Shown here: positions 47,981 through 56,822 of the stretch, in pieces
Layout: each line of letters begins with the position of its first letter
Position numbering within the stretch: the stretch's first letter is position 1
Source of the DNA: Candidatus Latescibacterota bacterium
GTDB taxonomy: Bacteria; Latescibacterota; UBA2968; UBA8231
Direction: 5' to 3'
NCBI GenBank assembly: GCA_036336855.1
Contig: JAYZFI010000052.1
Location: forward strand, 7,087-71,086
DNA length: 64,000 bases
Translations under genes and position numbers: made by a program
Notes under the pieces: generated by a model
Told to the model about the DNA's origin: nothing
Database searches by the model: none
Seen by the model: only the letters and a program-made list of their open reading frames with translations

Positions 47981-50541
47981 TAGGCTACGACAATGGTTTC
48001 GAGCACCGCGTCGCGAGTTGTTGCTGCTCCGTCCGTAGAAGAGCCGATGCGGATACGAGCGACGTACAAGCCGGGAGGCATGAGTCGGCCGTCATCGTCG
48101 CGTCCGTCCCAGGACAAGGCATAGTTTCCGGTGCTGACTTCCCGCGATTCCTCGATGACGCGCACCCTAGCGCCGCCGAGATCAAACATGTCAATGCGCA
48201 CGCCTCGATCATCCCCACTGCGCAGCACCTGAAACTGGAAGATCGCCTCGTCGTTGATGCCGTCGGCATTGGGGCTGAATACCGGCGGCTGCACGCGCAC
48301 CGCCTGTAGCACGCGACGCGTGCCGACACGGCTTACCAGGGTCGTAGTGTTGCCCGGGGCCGCCGGCAGGGCATCACCGGCGTCGACTCGTTGCCACGCC
48401 CCATTCGAGGTCGCGCCGTTCTGCACTGCAATGGAGAGCAAGGCGCCGGTGGCGAACAGGGCGGTCTCGAAATCGAGTCGCAACACCTCCACATCGCTCG
48501 AGCGTTCCAGGGTTGGGAATTGCACTTGCAGACTGTCACTGTCGCTGGCTATGGCAGTAGCCTGGGCAACGCGCAGCCTGTTGAGATCGACATCAGCGAC
48601 GAACTCCTCTTCACCGCCCGCATACAGGGCGTCGAAGCGCAACTCCATGTCAGAGGGGGCTTTGATGAGGATCTCGTCAAAGCCGGGATCGTCGGCGGAG
48701 AAGGTGGGCCGCAGATAGAGCGACAGGCGAATGGGCACCCCCAGGGAATCCACCTTAAAGGGGAAGACTTCGGCGACGACGCGCTCGGCGACGGGCTCGC
48801 CGAAGCGCATCTTCACGGAGCGCAAAGTCGCCGCCGTGTCTGCATCGTCGGAGACCAGAACGGCGCGTAGCGTGAGGAACTTTCGTGGCGACGGCGACGC
48901 AAAGGCACTGCCACCGGGAACGGCATAGGGCTGACTCCAGTCGCTCCAGTCGCCGCCAGATATCTGCACGGCCAGGCTGTCGCCGCGGAAGATGGAAAGC
49001 AGCTTGCGGTAGGCATCCTCTGTGACTTCCTGACCATTCTTGTGGAAGAATCGCCAGAGCTGCTCGAGCTCATTGCCGGTACGGGTCTGCAGCAGGACCT
49101 TGGTACCGGGGGGGGTGTCGGCGTCCCATTCGATGGTGAGTAGATTGCGCCGGCCTCCGAGCCGGATCAGATCCGAAATGAGACTCACCCGTGGCTGGAA
49201 ACCTGCCCCGTAAAGCTGCAGCTCGGCTAGGTCGGCGGCGCCTCCACCGACGATGACCTGCCACGTAATGCGGAAGAACCGCGCCGCCACGGGATCGAAG
49301 CTGTTGCCCTCGAAGCGCACCCCCGACCGCTGCAGTTGCTCGCGTTCGACGGAGCGGGTCCACTGCAGGCTGCCATCAGCTGCCAGCGAGCCGTCAGAGA
49401 ACTCGAGGCTGTACGACCGGAAGCTGCTCTTGCTGCCGGAGTAGGCCATGCGATGAGAGTCCACCCAGAAGTGGGCGCCCATGTCGAACAAGATCTCTCG
49501 TCGAGGATCGGCGGCGAGAGTGTTAATCGCGGTCTGTGCTCGCGAGAAACTCTCTAGGTCGCCGTCGATGTACGAGCTCAGACCCAGAGACTGCACCCCG
49601 GCATCGGCGAAGCCACCGCGCTTCAGAGTGCCGGAGAGAATCTCGTCACCGGCGGCCCACACCTCGATGTCGGCGAGACGAGCGCGCTCGTCTCGGAAAT
49701 AGCGGATGTCGGCGTGACTCGCCTCGTCGAGCTGTGCGTAGGTGTCGGGGCTGACGAGAAACTCATCGCCGTCGGGCAGGCGTTTGTAGTGTTCTACCGC
49801 GCCTTGCTCGGCTGATGGAAGAGCCTCGAAAACCTCGCGGCTTACCTGTCTCCCGCGTTCGCCTCGGGACCCGGTTGCTATGATCTGCACGAAGCGCACC
49901 CCTTCGGCTTTGACCTCGGCATTGAGGCCGGTGAGGTCGATTTCGAAGTGCCGTTGTGTCGTGTTTTCCTGCAGGGTCTGGAACACCTTGCGGAAGGCCT
50001 GGCCGCGGCCGGAGGTGATGCCGGGCGGTTTCAGCCCGTCTGAGACCAGCACGGTGAATAGCAGCAGGGGGTCTCCCAGCTCTTCGTCAACGAAATCAAC
50101 GACGAGGCGGTCGGCGAAGACCAAGCGGCCGAGATCGACGATGAGCCACCAGTGGGCGGAGATGTTGACTCCGATGTCGGCGAGTTCAGGCTCCCAGTAG
50201 GTGGTTGGATCGCCATCGAGGACGAGAACGGCGGATGACTCGTCGCTACCGGCGATCACCGCGTCGGCCAGGGTGATCTCGTCAGGGCTGGCGCCGCCGA
50301 AGTAGCTCGGCACGTTCAAGCGCAGAAAGGCCAGAATGTCGGTTACAGAATTGGTCCTCCGCTGCAGGCGGTGGGGTTGGAGATGCCCTTGCGGGGAGAT
50401 CTCCACAGTACCGGGGGCGAACTGCCAGGCGACCCAGTGGTCTAGTCGGTCGACGACAACCTCCCGACGGGTCAGCCGGTATCCATTCTGAGCGGTCACG
50501 GGAAGTGCTATGATCAGAAGGAGGCCAGTCCATAGGTTCAT
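47977..50541 (-). CDS. Secreted class A discoidin-like/FlgD-Ig C-terminal domain protein (satellite copy)
   Basis: Signal peptide; LLSIFRGD; SPNADGINDE; ends IVVAY. Confidence 0.75.
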   Translation of the reverse strand: MNLWTGLLLIIALPVTAQNGYRLTRREVVVDRLDHWVAWQFAPGTVEISPQGHLQPHRLQRRTNSVTDILAFLRLNVPSYFGGASPDEITLADAVIAGSDESSAVLVLDGDPTTYWEPELADIGVNISAHWWLIVDLGRLVFADRLVVDFVDEELGDPLLLFTVLVSDGLKPPGITSGRGQAFRKVFQTLQENTTQRHFEIDLTGLNAEVKAEGVRFVQIIATGSRGERGRQVSREVFEALPSAEQGAVEHYKRLPDGDEFLVSPDTYAQLDEASHADIRYFRDERARLADIEVWAAGDEILSGTLKRGGFADAGVQSLGLSSYIDGDLESFSRAQTAINTLAADPRREILFDMGAHFWVDSHRMAYSGSKSSFRSYSLEFSDGSLAADGSLQWTRSVEREQLQRSGVRFEGNSFDPVAARFFRITWQVIVGGGAADLAELQLYGAGFQPRVSLISDLIRLGGRRNLLTIEWDADTPPGTKVLLQTRTGNELEQLWRFFHKNGQEVTEDAYRKLLSIFRGDSLAVQISGGDWSDWSQPYAVPGGSAFASPSPRKFLTLRAVLVSDDADTAATLRSVKMRFGEPVAERVVAEVFPFKVDSLGVPIRLSLYLRPTFSADDPGFDEILIKAPSDMELRFDALYAGGEEEFVADVDLNRLRVAQATAIASDSDSLQVQFPTLERSSDVEVLRLDFETALFATGALLSIAVQNGATSNGAWQRVDAGDALPAAPGNTTTLVSRVGTRRVLQAVRVQPPVFSPNADGINDEAIFQFQVLRSGDDRGVRIDMFDLGGARVRVIEESREVSTGNYALSWDGRDDDGRLMPPGLYVARIRIGSSTDGAATTRDAVLETIVVAY

Positions 50542-50550
50542 TGAGGTGCA

Positions 50551-50578
50551 ATGGTACAGAGGCCCGAAGACCCGTCAA
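50551..50578 (-). promoter_or_regulatory. Possible sigma70 promoter giving a nearly leaderless mRNA for the satellite class A gene
   Basis: TTGACG (50578-50573), 16 nt, TACCAT (50556-50551); ATG follows 9 nt later with no SD sequence. Confidence 0.4.
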
Positions 50579-50671
50579 ATCGCCGGGTCATTTGAGTCGC
50601 ATGAGGTCCTCACCAATATTTGTGACGACCATCGCGCACCCATTCCTCGCAAACCAGAACGGAGCGGCGCA

Positions 50672-52021
50672 TTGACGGAAGCATCCGAACGCAAGGAAAT
50701 CCGGGAGGCGCCATCCGGATTCGGCGGACTACTGCGAAATATCGGACCAGGAGTCGTTGTCTCCGGCTCCGTCGTTGGCTCGGGCGAGCTGCTGGTGACG
50801 ACGCGCATGGGAGCCGAGGTGGGCTTCGTCTTCCTTTGGGGCGTGATCGCCGCCTGCATCCTGAAATTCTTCATCCAGCTCGAGCTCGGCCGCCAGTGTA
50901 TTCTCCACGACAACACCACCATTCAGGCTCTCGATAGCGTTCCTGGACCGCGCTACCGCGCCTCCTGGCTGGCCTGGATCTGTTTCGTGGGCTACTTCTC
51001 CGTCACCGTCGCCGTGATTGGCATTCTCGGCTCGGTGGCGGGTCTTTTCGAGTCGGTCTGGTCGAGTATCTCCCGAGAGGTCTGGGCGGGTCTCACTTTT
51101 CTGGTCATGAGCGTGCTACTCTACCGCGGCCTTTACGAAGACCTCGAGAAGATGTTCTCGATTTTGGTCATGGCCTTCAGCGTTATCGTCATTGGGTCTC
51201 TGCTCATGTTGCAGGGGACGGCCTATGCCGTCAGCGGATCGCAGCTGGCCTCAGGCTTCACCTTCGATCTTCCGCCCGAGGGCGCCTACGTCGCGCTTGC
51301 AGTGATGGGCTCGGTGGGGGCCACCGCGGTGGAGCTGTTCATGTATCCCTACTGGATCCGCGAGAAGGGTTACCCCTCCTTCGTCGGTCCTCGCGATGAC
51401 AGCGATGCCTGGCAACGCCGCTACCGCGGCTGGATGCGGGTGGTGATCGCCGACGCGGGCGTTTGCACGACGATCGCACTGTTTATCACTTGCGCTTACT
51501 ACCTGCTAGGCGCCTCCATCCTCAACACCCTGAACGTGCTGCCAGAAGGCTACGGCATCGTACAGCAGGTATCCCTCATCTTCACCGAGTCTATTGGCGG
51601 CTGGGCGAAAGGCGTGTTCATGGTGGGTGCCTTCGCCACTTTGTTCTCCACTCTCCTAGTGTTTGCCTCGAGCTCGGGCCGTATCGCCGCCGACTTCGCT
51701 GTGCAGCTCGGTCTCAGCGCCGAGAGCGGTCGAGTGCGGCTGTCGCGCATACTGCAGATCGCCTTGCCGGCGTTCTGGCTGCTCATGATCGTGTCCACGG
51801 TGGACACACCCTTCATGCTCGTCCTGCTCGGTGCCAATGCCAACAATCTTCTCCTCATACCTATGGCCTACGGTGTCTTGCACTTGGCTATGCGCCAGGA
51901 CAGCGGTAGTCGCATGTCGATCTGGATGGAAGGCGGACTCATACTCACCATCTGGGCGATCATCAATTTCACCGCCATCAACGTCCATCTGACCTGGATC
52001 GGAGGTAGCGGTGGACACTGA
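50672..52021 (+). CDS. Nramp-related (APC/LeuT-fold) transporter lacking the DPGN motif
   Basis: TTG 50672 with GGAG RBS; IGPGVVVSGSVVGSGELL, YPYWIREKG; about 11 TM helices. Confidence 0.78.
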   Translation: MTEASERKEIREAPSGFGGLLRNIGPGVVVSGSVVGSGELLVTTRMGAEVGFVFLWGVIAACILKFFIQLELGRQCILHDNTTIQALDSVPGPRYRASWLAWICFVGYFSVTVAVIGILGSVAGLFESVWSSISREVWAGLTFLVMSVLLYRGLYEDLEKMFSILVMAFSVIVIGSLLMLQGTAYAVSGSQLASGFTFDLPPEGAYVALAVMGSVGATAVELFMYPYWIREKGYPSFVGPRDDSDAWQRRYRGWMRVVIADAGVCTTIALFITCAYYLLGASILNTLNVLPEGYGIVQQVSLIFTESIGGWAKGVFMVGAFATLFSTLLVFASSSGRIAADFAVQLGLSAESGRVRLSRILQIALPAFWLLMIVSTVDTPFMLVLLGANANNLLLIPMAYGVLHLAMRQDSGSRMSIWMEGGLILTIWAIINFTAINVHLTWIGGSGGH

Positions 52022-52176
52022 CGCCATTGGAGCGAAGAGGAGTGCGTTCCGCATCGACCAGATGGGAATCTGGTGGCCGCAGGAGGTTGGGTGCGAGGTC
52101 GACATGGCCGTGCCCCGTCGATGCTGAGACCGTGGAGGTCTACTTCGAAAGCCTGAAGTGGCAGCTTGGACCGAGT
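52011..52176 (+). pseudogene. Probable short gene remnant
   Basis: GGAGG at 52001 and GTG at 52011 open MDTDAIGAKRSAFRIDQMGIWWPQEVG..., which stops after 38 codons; a coding-like tail continues in another frame. Confidence 0.3.
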
Positions 52177-52959
52177 TCAGGGTTCTCCAGCCAGAATGCG
52201 GCGGAAGGCGGCCTCGTCCACGCGTAGATCGATGTTCTGACACTCCAAGGCATGGGGTGAGGTCTGTGGCTCCGTGTAGCTCCACCGGATCGGCCACTCG
52301 AAGTGCCAGAGCCGCAGCGATCGGTAGTACGGAGCGAGCAGCTCGTCGGTGCGCTCGTTGCGCGAGCCGCTGGGGTAGGCGAAATGGGAGGGTGCCGTGC
52401 CGAGGTGCCGCTCAAACAGCGCGTTCGCCGCCTCTGCCTCCCAGACTACCGCTTCGTCTCCCGCTTCAACATGGCGCTCGGCGAGTCTGCAATGGGTTGC
52501 CGTGTGCGCCCCAATCTCCCAGCCGGCGGCGGCCAGTTGAACCAGCTGTTGCCAAGTCATGAAGCGGTGGCGAACGATACCTTCCGTCATCGTGCGCACC
52601 GTCGCTGCACGCCCGTCAGTGGCCGCCTCCACTCCGTCGGTGATCGGGTAACAGGTCGCGTTGTAGCCGCGCTCCTGCAGCAATGGCAGCACGACCTCAA
52701 AGGTGTCGATCCAGCCGTTGTCGAAGTGCAGAACCGCACAGCGCGTGGGCAGGAAAGCCTGTTCGAGACCGTCCAGCAATTGGCTCGTGCTTACCACCTG
52801 CCAACCCTCCTCGGCGAGCCAGCTCAGCTGGCGTAGAAACTCGTCAACGCCGATTACACCTGGGGTCTGGGCCTCCTGGGCGGCGACCAACTCGGGCGTG
52901 CCCTCACGATAGACGTGGTGGTAGACCAGGATGGGGACATGGGCCGGCAAAGTGTCCAT
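52177..52959 (-). CDS. Polysaccharide deacetylase (CE4/NodB) family protein
   Basis: ATG 52959 coupled to the hisA stop; ILVYHHV, HFDNG, EIGAHTATH, FAYPSG. Confidence 0.87.
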   Translation of the reverse strand: MDTLPAHVPILVYHHVYREGTPELVAAQEAQTPGVIGVDEFLRQLSWLAEEGWQVVSTSQLLDGLEQAFLPTRCAVLHFDNGWIDTFEVVLPLLQERGYNATCYPITDGVEAATDGRAATVRTMTEGIVRHRFMTWQQLVQLAAAGWEIGAHTATHCRLAERHVEAGDEAVVWEAEAANALFERHLGTAPSHFAYPSGSRNERTDELLAPYYRSLRLWHFEWPIRWSYTEPQTSPHALECQNIDLRVDEAAFRRILAGEP

Positions 52960-53714
52960 CAGCTCTGGTGGCGAGCCACCAACTCTTCGTAGCGCAAGCC
53001 GGTGCCACCGAAGATGTCGAGGGCACTGCCCACAGTGTAGTCGATGACTCCCTGACCGAGCTTGCGTATCTGCTCGATATCGTCCGGCGAAGCAACCCCG
53101 CCGGCGTAAGTCACGGGTAAAGGCGAAGCTTGGGCGAGCAGGGCGACGAGGTCGCCGTCGATGCCCTGCTTCATTCCCTCCACGTGGGTGGCGTGGACGA
53201 GGAACTCGCAACAGCTGTCGGAAAGGAGCTCGAGATTAGACCGGTTGATCTCGAAGTCGGTGAGTCGCTGCCAGCGGTCCGTGGCCACCACGTAGCCGCC
53301 GTCGCGCGGTGCGCAGCTGAGATCGAGGACGAGACGGTCACGCCCGACGGCGTCGGCGAGCCGCGACAGGTTGCCGGCGTGCAGCCGGCATTCGCGGAAC
53401 ATGTAGGACGTGGCGATGACGGCGGCGGCATCGCGTTCGATCCACTTGCCGGCATTGTCGGCATCGATGCCGCCCCCCACCTGTAGACCTCCGGGGTAGG
53501 CGGATAGGGCCTCGGCGGCGGCCTGGTCATTGCCTGGCCCCAACTTGATGACGTGGCCTCCGTCGAGACCGTCGCGTGCGTAAAGTTCGGCGTAGTAGGT
53601 GGCGGATACCTCGGAGGCGAAGTGAGTCTGCGGGACTTCGCCGTCGCGTAGGCTGGCGCCGACGATCTGCTTGACCCGGCCCTCGTGGAGGTCGATACAT
53701 GGTCGGAAGCGCAT
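52959..53714 (-). CDS. hisA: ProFAR isomerase, His6/eukaryotic type
   Basis: FRPCIDLHEGRVKQIVG, GGHVIKLG, LVLDLSC, EFLVHA..VEG, TVGSALDIFGG. Confidence 0.92.
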   Translation of the reverse strand: MRFRPCIDLHEGRVKQIVGASLRDGEVPQTHFASEVSATYYAELYARDGLDGGHVIKLGPGNDQAAAEALSAYPGGLQVGGGIDADNAGKWIERDAAAVIATSYMFRECRLHAGNLSRLADAVGRDRLVLDLSCAPRDGGYVVATDRWQRLTDFEINRSNLELLSDSCCEFLVHATHVEGMKQGIDGDLVALLAQASPLPVTYAGGVASPDDIEQIRKLGQGVIDYTVGSALDIFGGTGLRYEELVARHQS

Positions 53715-53723
53715 GTCGATGGC

Positions 53724-54815
53724 CTAGATGGCGTACTTCTCCAGGCGTTCGCGGTCGAGGTGCACGCCCAGACCCGGACCTGGAGGGGGGTAGAGATAGC
53801 CGCCTTCTATTCGCAGGTCGTGATCAACGATGTCGTCGGTGTGGTAGGCGAAGCCGTTGAGGTCGCTACCGTAGCGGATGTCGGGCATGGCGAAGGCGAG
53901 GTGAGCCTGGGCGGCGGTGCCGATGCCAAGCTCGGGCATGCTGCCGATGATACAGGTGAGACGAGCTGCCTCGGCAATGGCGAAGATTCGTGCCGCCGGA
54001 CCGATGCCTCCGGCCTCGGCGACGTACACGTTGAAGACGTCCACCGCCTGGGCGCGCACCAGATCCATGGCGTCGGTCGGTGTCCACACGCTCTCGTCGG
54101 CCATGATGGGCACGTTCACGTTCTCGTGCACGAAGCGCAGACCTTCGAGATCGCCTTCGTCCACCGGCTGTTCCACGAGCTCGATCTCGTAGGGCTCGAG
54201 CTCACGGATGTGGCGCGCCGCTTCTTCAGCGGTGCGCCAGCCCATATTGGCATCGACGCGAAGGCGAAGGTCGGGAAAGCGCTTGCGGATCTGCTTTACG
54301 TTGGCCAAATCGGACGCCGGGTCGAGACCGACCTTTATCTTCAGCGTGCGGTAGCCTGCTTGCACCAGACCTTCCGCCTGATGCAGCATCTCTGCCACCG
54401 GTCCCATGGACAGGGAGTGCGACAGCTCGGCGCGCTCGCGCACGGCGCCGCCGAGCAGTTGGTACACTGGTGCGTCGAGAGACTTACCGAGGATGTCCCA
54501 CAGTGCCATCTCCACTCCCGACTTGGAGGGTGCGGCACGCGATGCAAGATGCTGATCCATAAGATCGCTGAGCTCGCGGATATTGAGCGGGTTCCGGTCG
54601 ACGAGCAGTTCAGCGAGGGAGCCATTGATATCGTCGGCGCAGCCCCGGCCCCGGCGATCCCAGATGCTGGAGGCTTCGCCGAGACCGCTGATGCCGGTGT
54701 CGGTGTCGATTTCGACGACGGCGTTCTCGCTGGCCAAGTGAGTGCCGAGGCTGCTGATGAAGGCCTGGGGCCGAGGGACACGAACGGCGGTAGCGCGCAG
54801 AGCGGTAATCTTCAC
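53724..54815 (-). CDS. Enolase superfamily enzyme, muconate cycloisomerase subgroup
   Basis: GLGEA, KIK, DAN, EQP, DES. Confidence 0.88.
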   Translation of the reverse strand: MKITALRATAVRVPRPQAFISSLGTHLASENAVVEIDTDTGISGLGEASSIWDRRGRGCADDINGSLAELLVDRNPLNIRELSDLMDQHLASRAAPSKSGVEMALWDILGKSLDAPVYQLLGGAVRERAELSHSLSMGPVAEMLHQAEGLVQAGYRTLKIKVGLDPASDLANVKQIRKRFPDLRLRVDANMGWRTAEEAARHIRELEPYEIELVEQPVDEGDLEGLRFVHENVNVPIMADESVWTPTDAMDLVRAQAVDVFNVYVAEAGGIGPAARIFAIAEAARLTCIIGSMPELGIGTAAQAHLAFAMPDIRYGSDLNGFAYHTDDIVDHDLRIEGGYLYPPPGPGLGVHLDRERLEKYAI

Positions 54816-54884
54816 GGTCGCAAACCCCGACGAGAGTGAAGGAGGAAAATGACTAGCTAGCTTACAAGGTCGCCGACGAGGGGG

Positions 54885-55460
54885 TCAAGGTGACGCCGCC
54901 TCGAATTGGCTCAAGTTAGTTGTGCCGTAGCTGCGCACATCGGTCTTGTGTAGTCGTCCCACACTGTCGGTGAGTTCCACGGAGCGCGGGTGTTGGGCCA
55001 GCAGCAGTCCGCCGTCAGCGAGAATTCCGGCGGCGGCGACTGAGGCAACGAGAGCAGAGCAGAGGTTGTCGTCCTTGTGACCGCTGCGGTAGGGGGGATC
55101 GACGTAGACGACGTCAAAGGGCGGAGTCTGCGGATCCAGTGCACGCAAGTAGGCCCCGCCCCGGCGACCTACGATCTGCAGCCCGCCGTCGACCTTCCAC
55201 TCGCTGACCAGCTGTATCAGTGCCTTCCGGCGTCGGGTGTCCGGCTCGACGGCGACGACCTCAGCGCCGCGACTGTAGGCCTCGAGCGCCATTTGTCCGG
55301 AGCCGGCGCATAGATCGAGAAAGTGGAGCCCGTCGAGATGGCCGCCGAGACGAGAGAACACCGCTTCCTTGAGGCGGGATGCGGTGACTTTTACGTCGCC
55401 GAGGCGCTTGGCGCTGATGGGAATGACGCGGCCGCGAAGGCGGCCGGTGACGATACGCAC
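54885..55460 (-). CDS. rsmD: 16S rRNA m2G966 methyltransferase RsmD-like
   Basis: GTG 55460 with GAGG RBS; RIVTGRLRGR, LKEAVF, LDLCAGSGQMALEAYSRGA, DPPY. Confidence 0.87.
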   Translation of the reverse strand: MRIVTGRLRGRVIPISAKRLGDVKVTASRLKEAVFSRLGGHLDGLHFLDLCAGSGQMALEAYSRGAEVVAVEPDTRRRKALIQLVSEWKVDGGLQIVGRRGGAYLRALDPQTPPFDVVYVDPPYRSGHKDDNLCSALVASVAAAGILADGGLLLAQHPRSVELTDSVGRLHKTDVRSYGTTNLSQFEAASP

Positions 55461-55499
55461 GGGCGAACCTCTGTCTCTCCCCGAGACCGACGTGGACAT

Positions 55500-55800
55500 G
55501 CAGCTGGGTGTTGCTGTGTACGAACTCGTGGGCATCCTCCGGCGTGTTGCGGGGACGGGAAAATGAACTCCAGCTGTGCATTTCCGGCAATACCCGCGCC
55601 CGACCGTACAGTCGGGGCGGTCGTCGAGGCCTTCACCCTCCCGGTCGAACAGCTTCAGTCCCACCTTGCCTCGAACGGCAGTTCGCACCCGATAGCCCAT
55701 GCTCTCGACCATGATCAACGCCTTGGCTTCGTTGTCGACGAGTAGAAAACGAAGCTCGTCGGCTGGGTAGACGTCAGGAGTTGTGGGCGCAGGTGATTCT
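55500..55800 (-). pseudogene. Fragment resembling part of an AMP-binding (acyl-CoA ligase) protein
   Basis: VYPADELRFLLVDNEAKALIMVE resembles the 'Y..DEL.YLL.DS.AKALI' segment of adenylate-forming enzymes; no start or remainder of the gene. Confidence 0.35.
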
Positions 55801-55880
55801 ATGCTGGCGGAGGTTGGAGAAGAGGCTATTCTGTCGGACACTAGATAACACGCCCGCTGACGGAAACGGAGAACGAAAAC

Positions 55881-56657
55881 ATGGATCTCAAACTCAAGGG
55901 CCGCGTCGCTCTCGTCACCGGCGGTAGTCGCGGCATCGGCCGGGCCACCGTGAGAGCCCTCGCCGCCGAGGGCTGCCGCCTCGCTATCTGTGCCCGCGGT
56001 GTCAAGGGGCTCGACGCCATCCGCGATGAGTTGCAGGCGAGTGATGTTGACTTTTTTTCTGCGGCGGCCGACGTGACTGAGCCCACGCAGGTTGCCGACT
56101 TCGTCGACGGCGCCGCCCAAGCGCTTGGCGGGATCGACGTGCTGGTGAATAATGTTGGGGGCCGCGTCGGCGGCGATCTGCTGGCGTCGAGTTGGGAGGA
56201 TTGGCGAAAGACCTTTGACCTCAACCTGTTTCACTCCGTGGAAGCGACACGTCGCGCGGTGCCCCACATGCGACAACGCGGCGGTGGCTCGGTGATCACC
56301 GTGGCTTCGATATCAGGCTGGAAGCCGGCGCCGGAGGTGTCTCAGTACGGGGCGACGAAAGCTGCAGAGATCTTCCTCGCCGGAGCTTTGAGCTGGGAGT
56401 TGGCGCCTCACAATATCCGTGTAAACACCGTCAGCCCTGGGTCGATTCTCTTTCGCGGAGGCGGCTGGGAGATTTTTCGCGAGCGCGAGCCCGAGCGCTT
56501 TAGGCAGTTCGTCGAGCGCGAGCTGCCGGCGGGGAGGCTGGGCACCGCCGAAGAGGTGGCGGACGTGGTCTGCTTTCTGGCGTCGCCCCGGGCCAACTGG
56601 GTCAACGGCACCGCCATCGCCGTCGACGGCGCCCAGGGCCGACCCAGCGCGTTCTAG
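55881..56657 (+). CDS. Short-chain dehydrogenase/reductase
   Basis: TGGSRGIG, NNVGG, YGATK, SPGSI. Confidence 0.92.
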   Translation: MDLKLKGRVALVTGGSRGIGRATVRALAAEGCRLAICARGVKGLDAIRDELQASDVDFFSAAADVTEPTQVADFVDGAAQALGGIDVLVNNVGGRVGGDLLASSWEDWRKTFDLNLFHSVEATRRAVPHMRQRGGGSVITVASISGWKPAPEVSQYGATKAAEIFLAGALSWELAPHNIRVNTVSPGSILFRGGGWEIFREREPERFRQFVERELPAGRLGTAEEVADVVCFLASPRANWVNGTAIAVDGAQGRPSAF

Positions 56658-56734
56658 ATGGCGCCGCCCCGGTAGAGATCTCGTTGACGTTTCCTGGCGC
56701 GGCGGGTTAAGTTGCTCTCCGCTCTGGGCATCCT

Positions 56735-56807
56735 GCGCCCGATACACCTACACAGCCGCGCCCTGTACACCCTGACAGCGCGCCCTGTACACCTGACAGC
56801 CTGACAG
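56735..56807. repeat. Three imperfect ~21-22 bp direct repeats plus a partial copy
   Basis: GCGCCCGATACACCTACACAG, CGCGCCCTGTACACCCTGACAG, CGCGCCCTGTACACCTGACAG, CCTGACAG. Confidence 0.75.
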
Positions 56808-56822
56808 ATTGAGGAGAAACCT

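Noticed and set aside
54885-56276. 463 aa RsmD fusion protein
   Set aside because: The N-terminal part is antisense to the SDR gene; RsmD similarity and an RBS begin at 55460
56735-56807. Mini CRISPR array
   Set aside because: Repeats are adjacent with no spacers, and there are no cas genes
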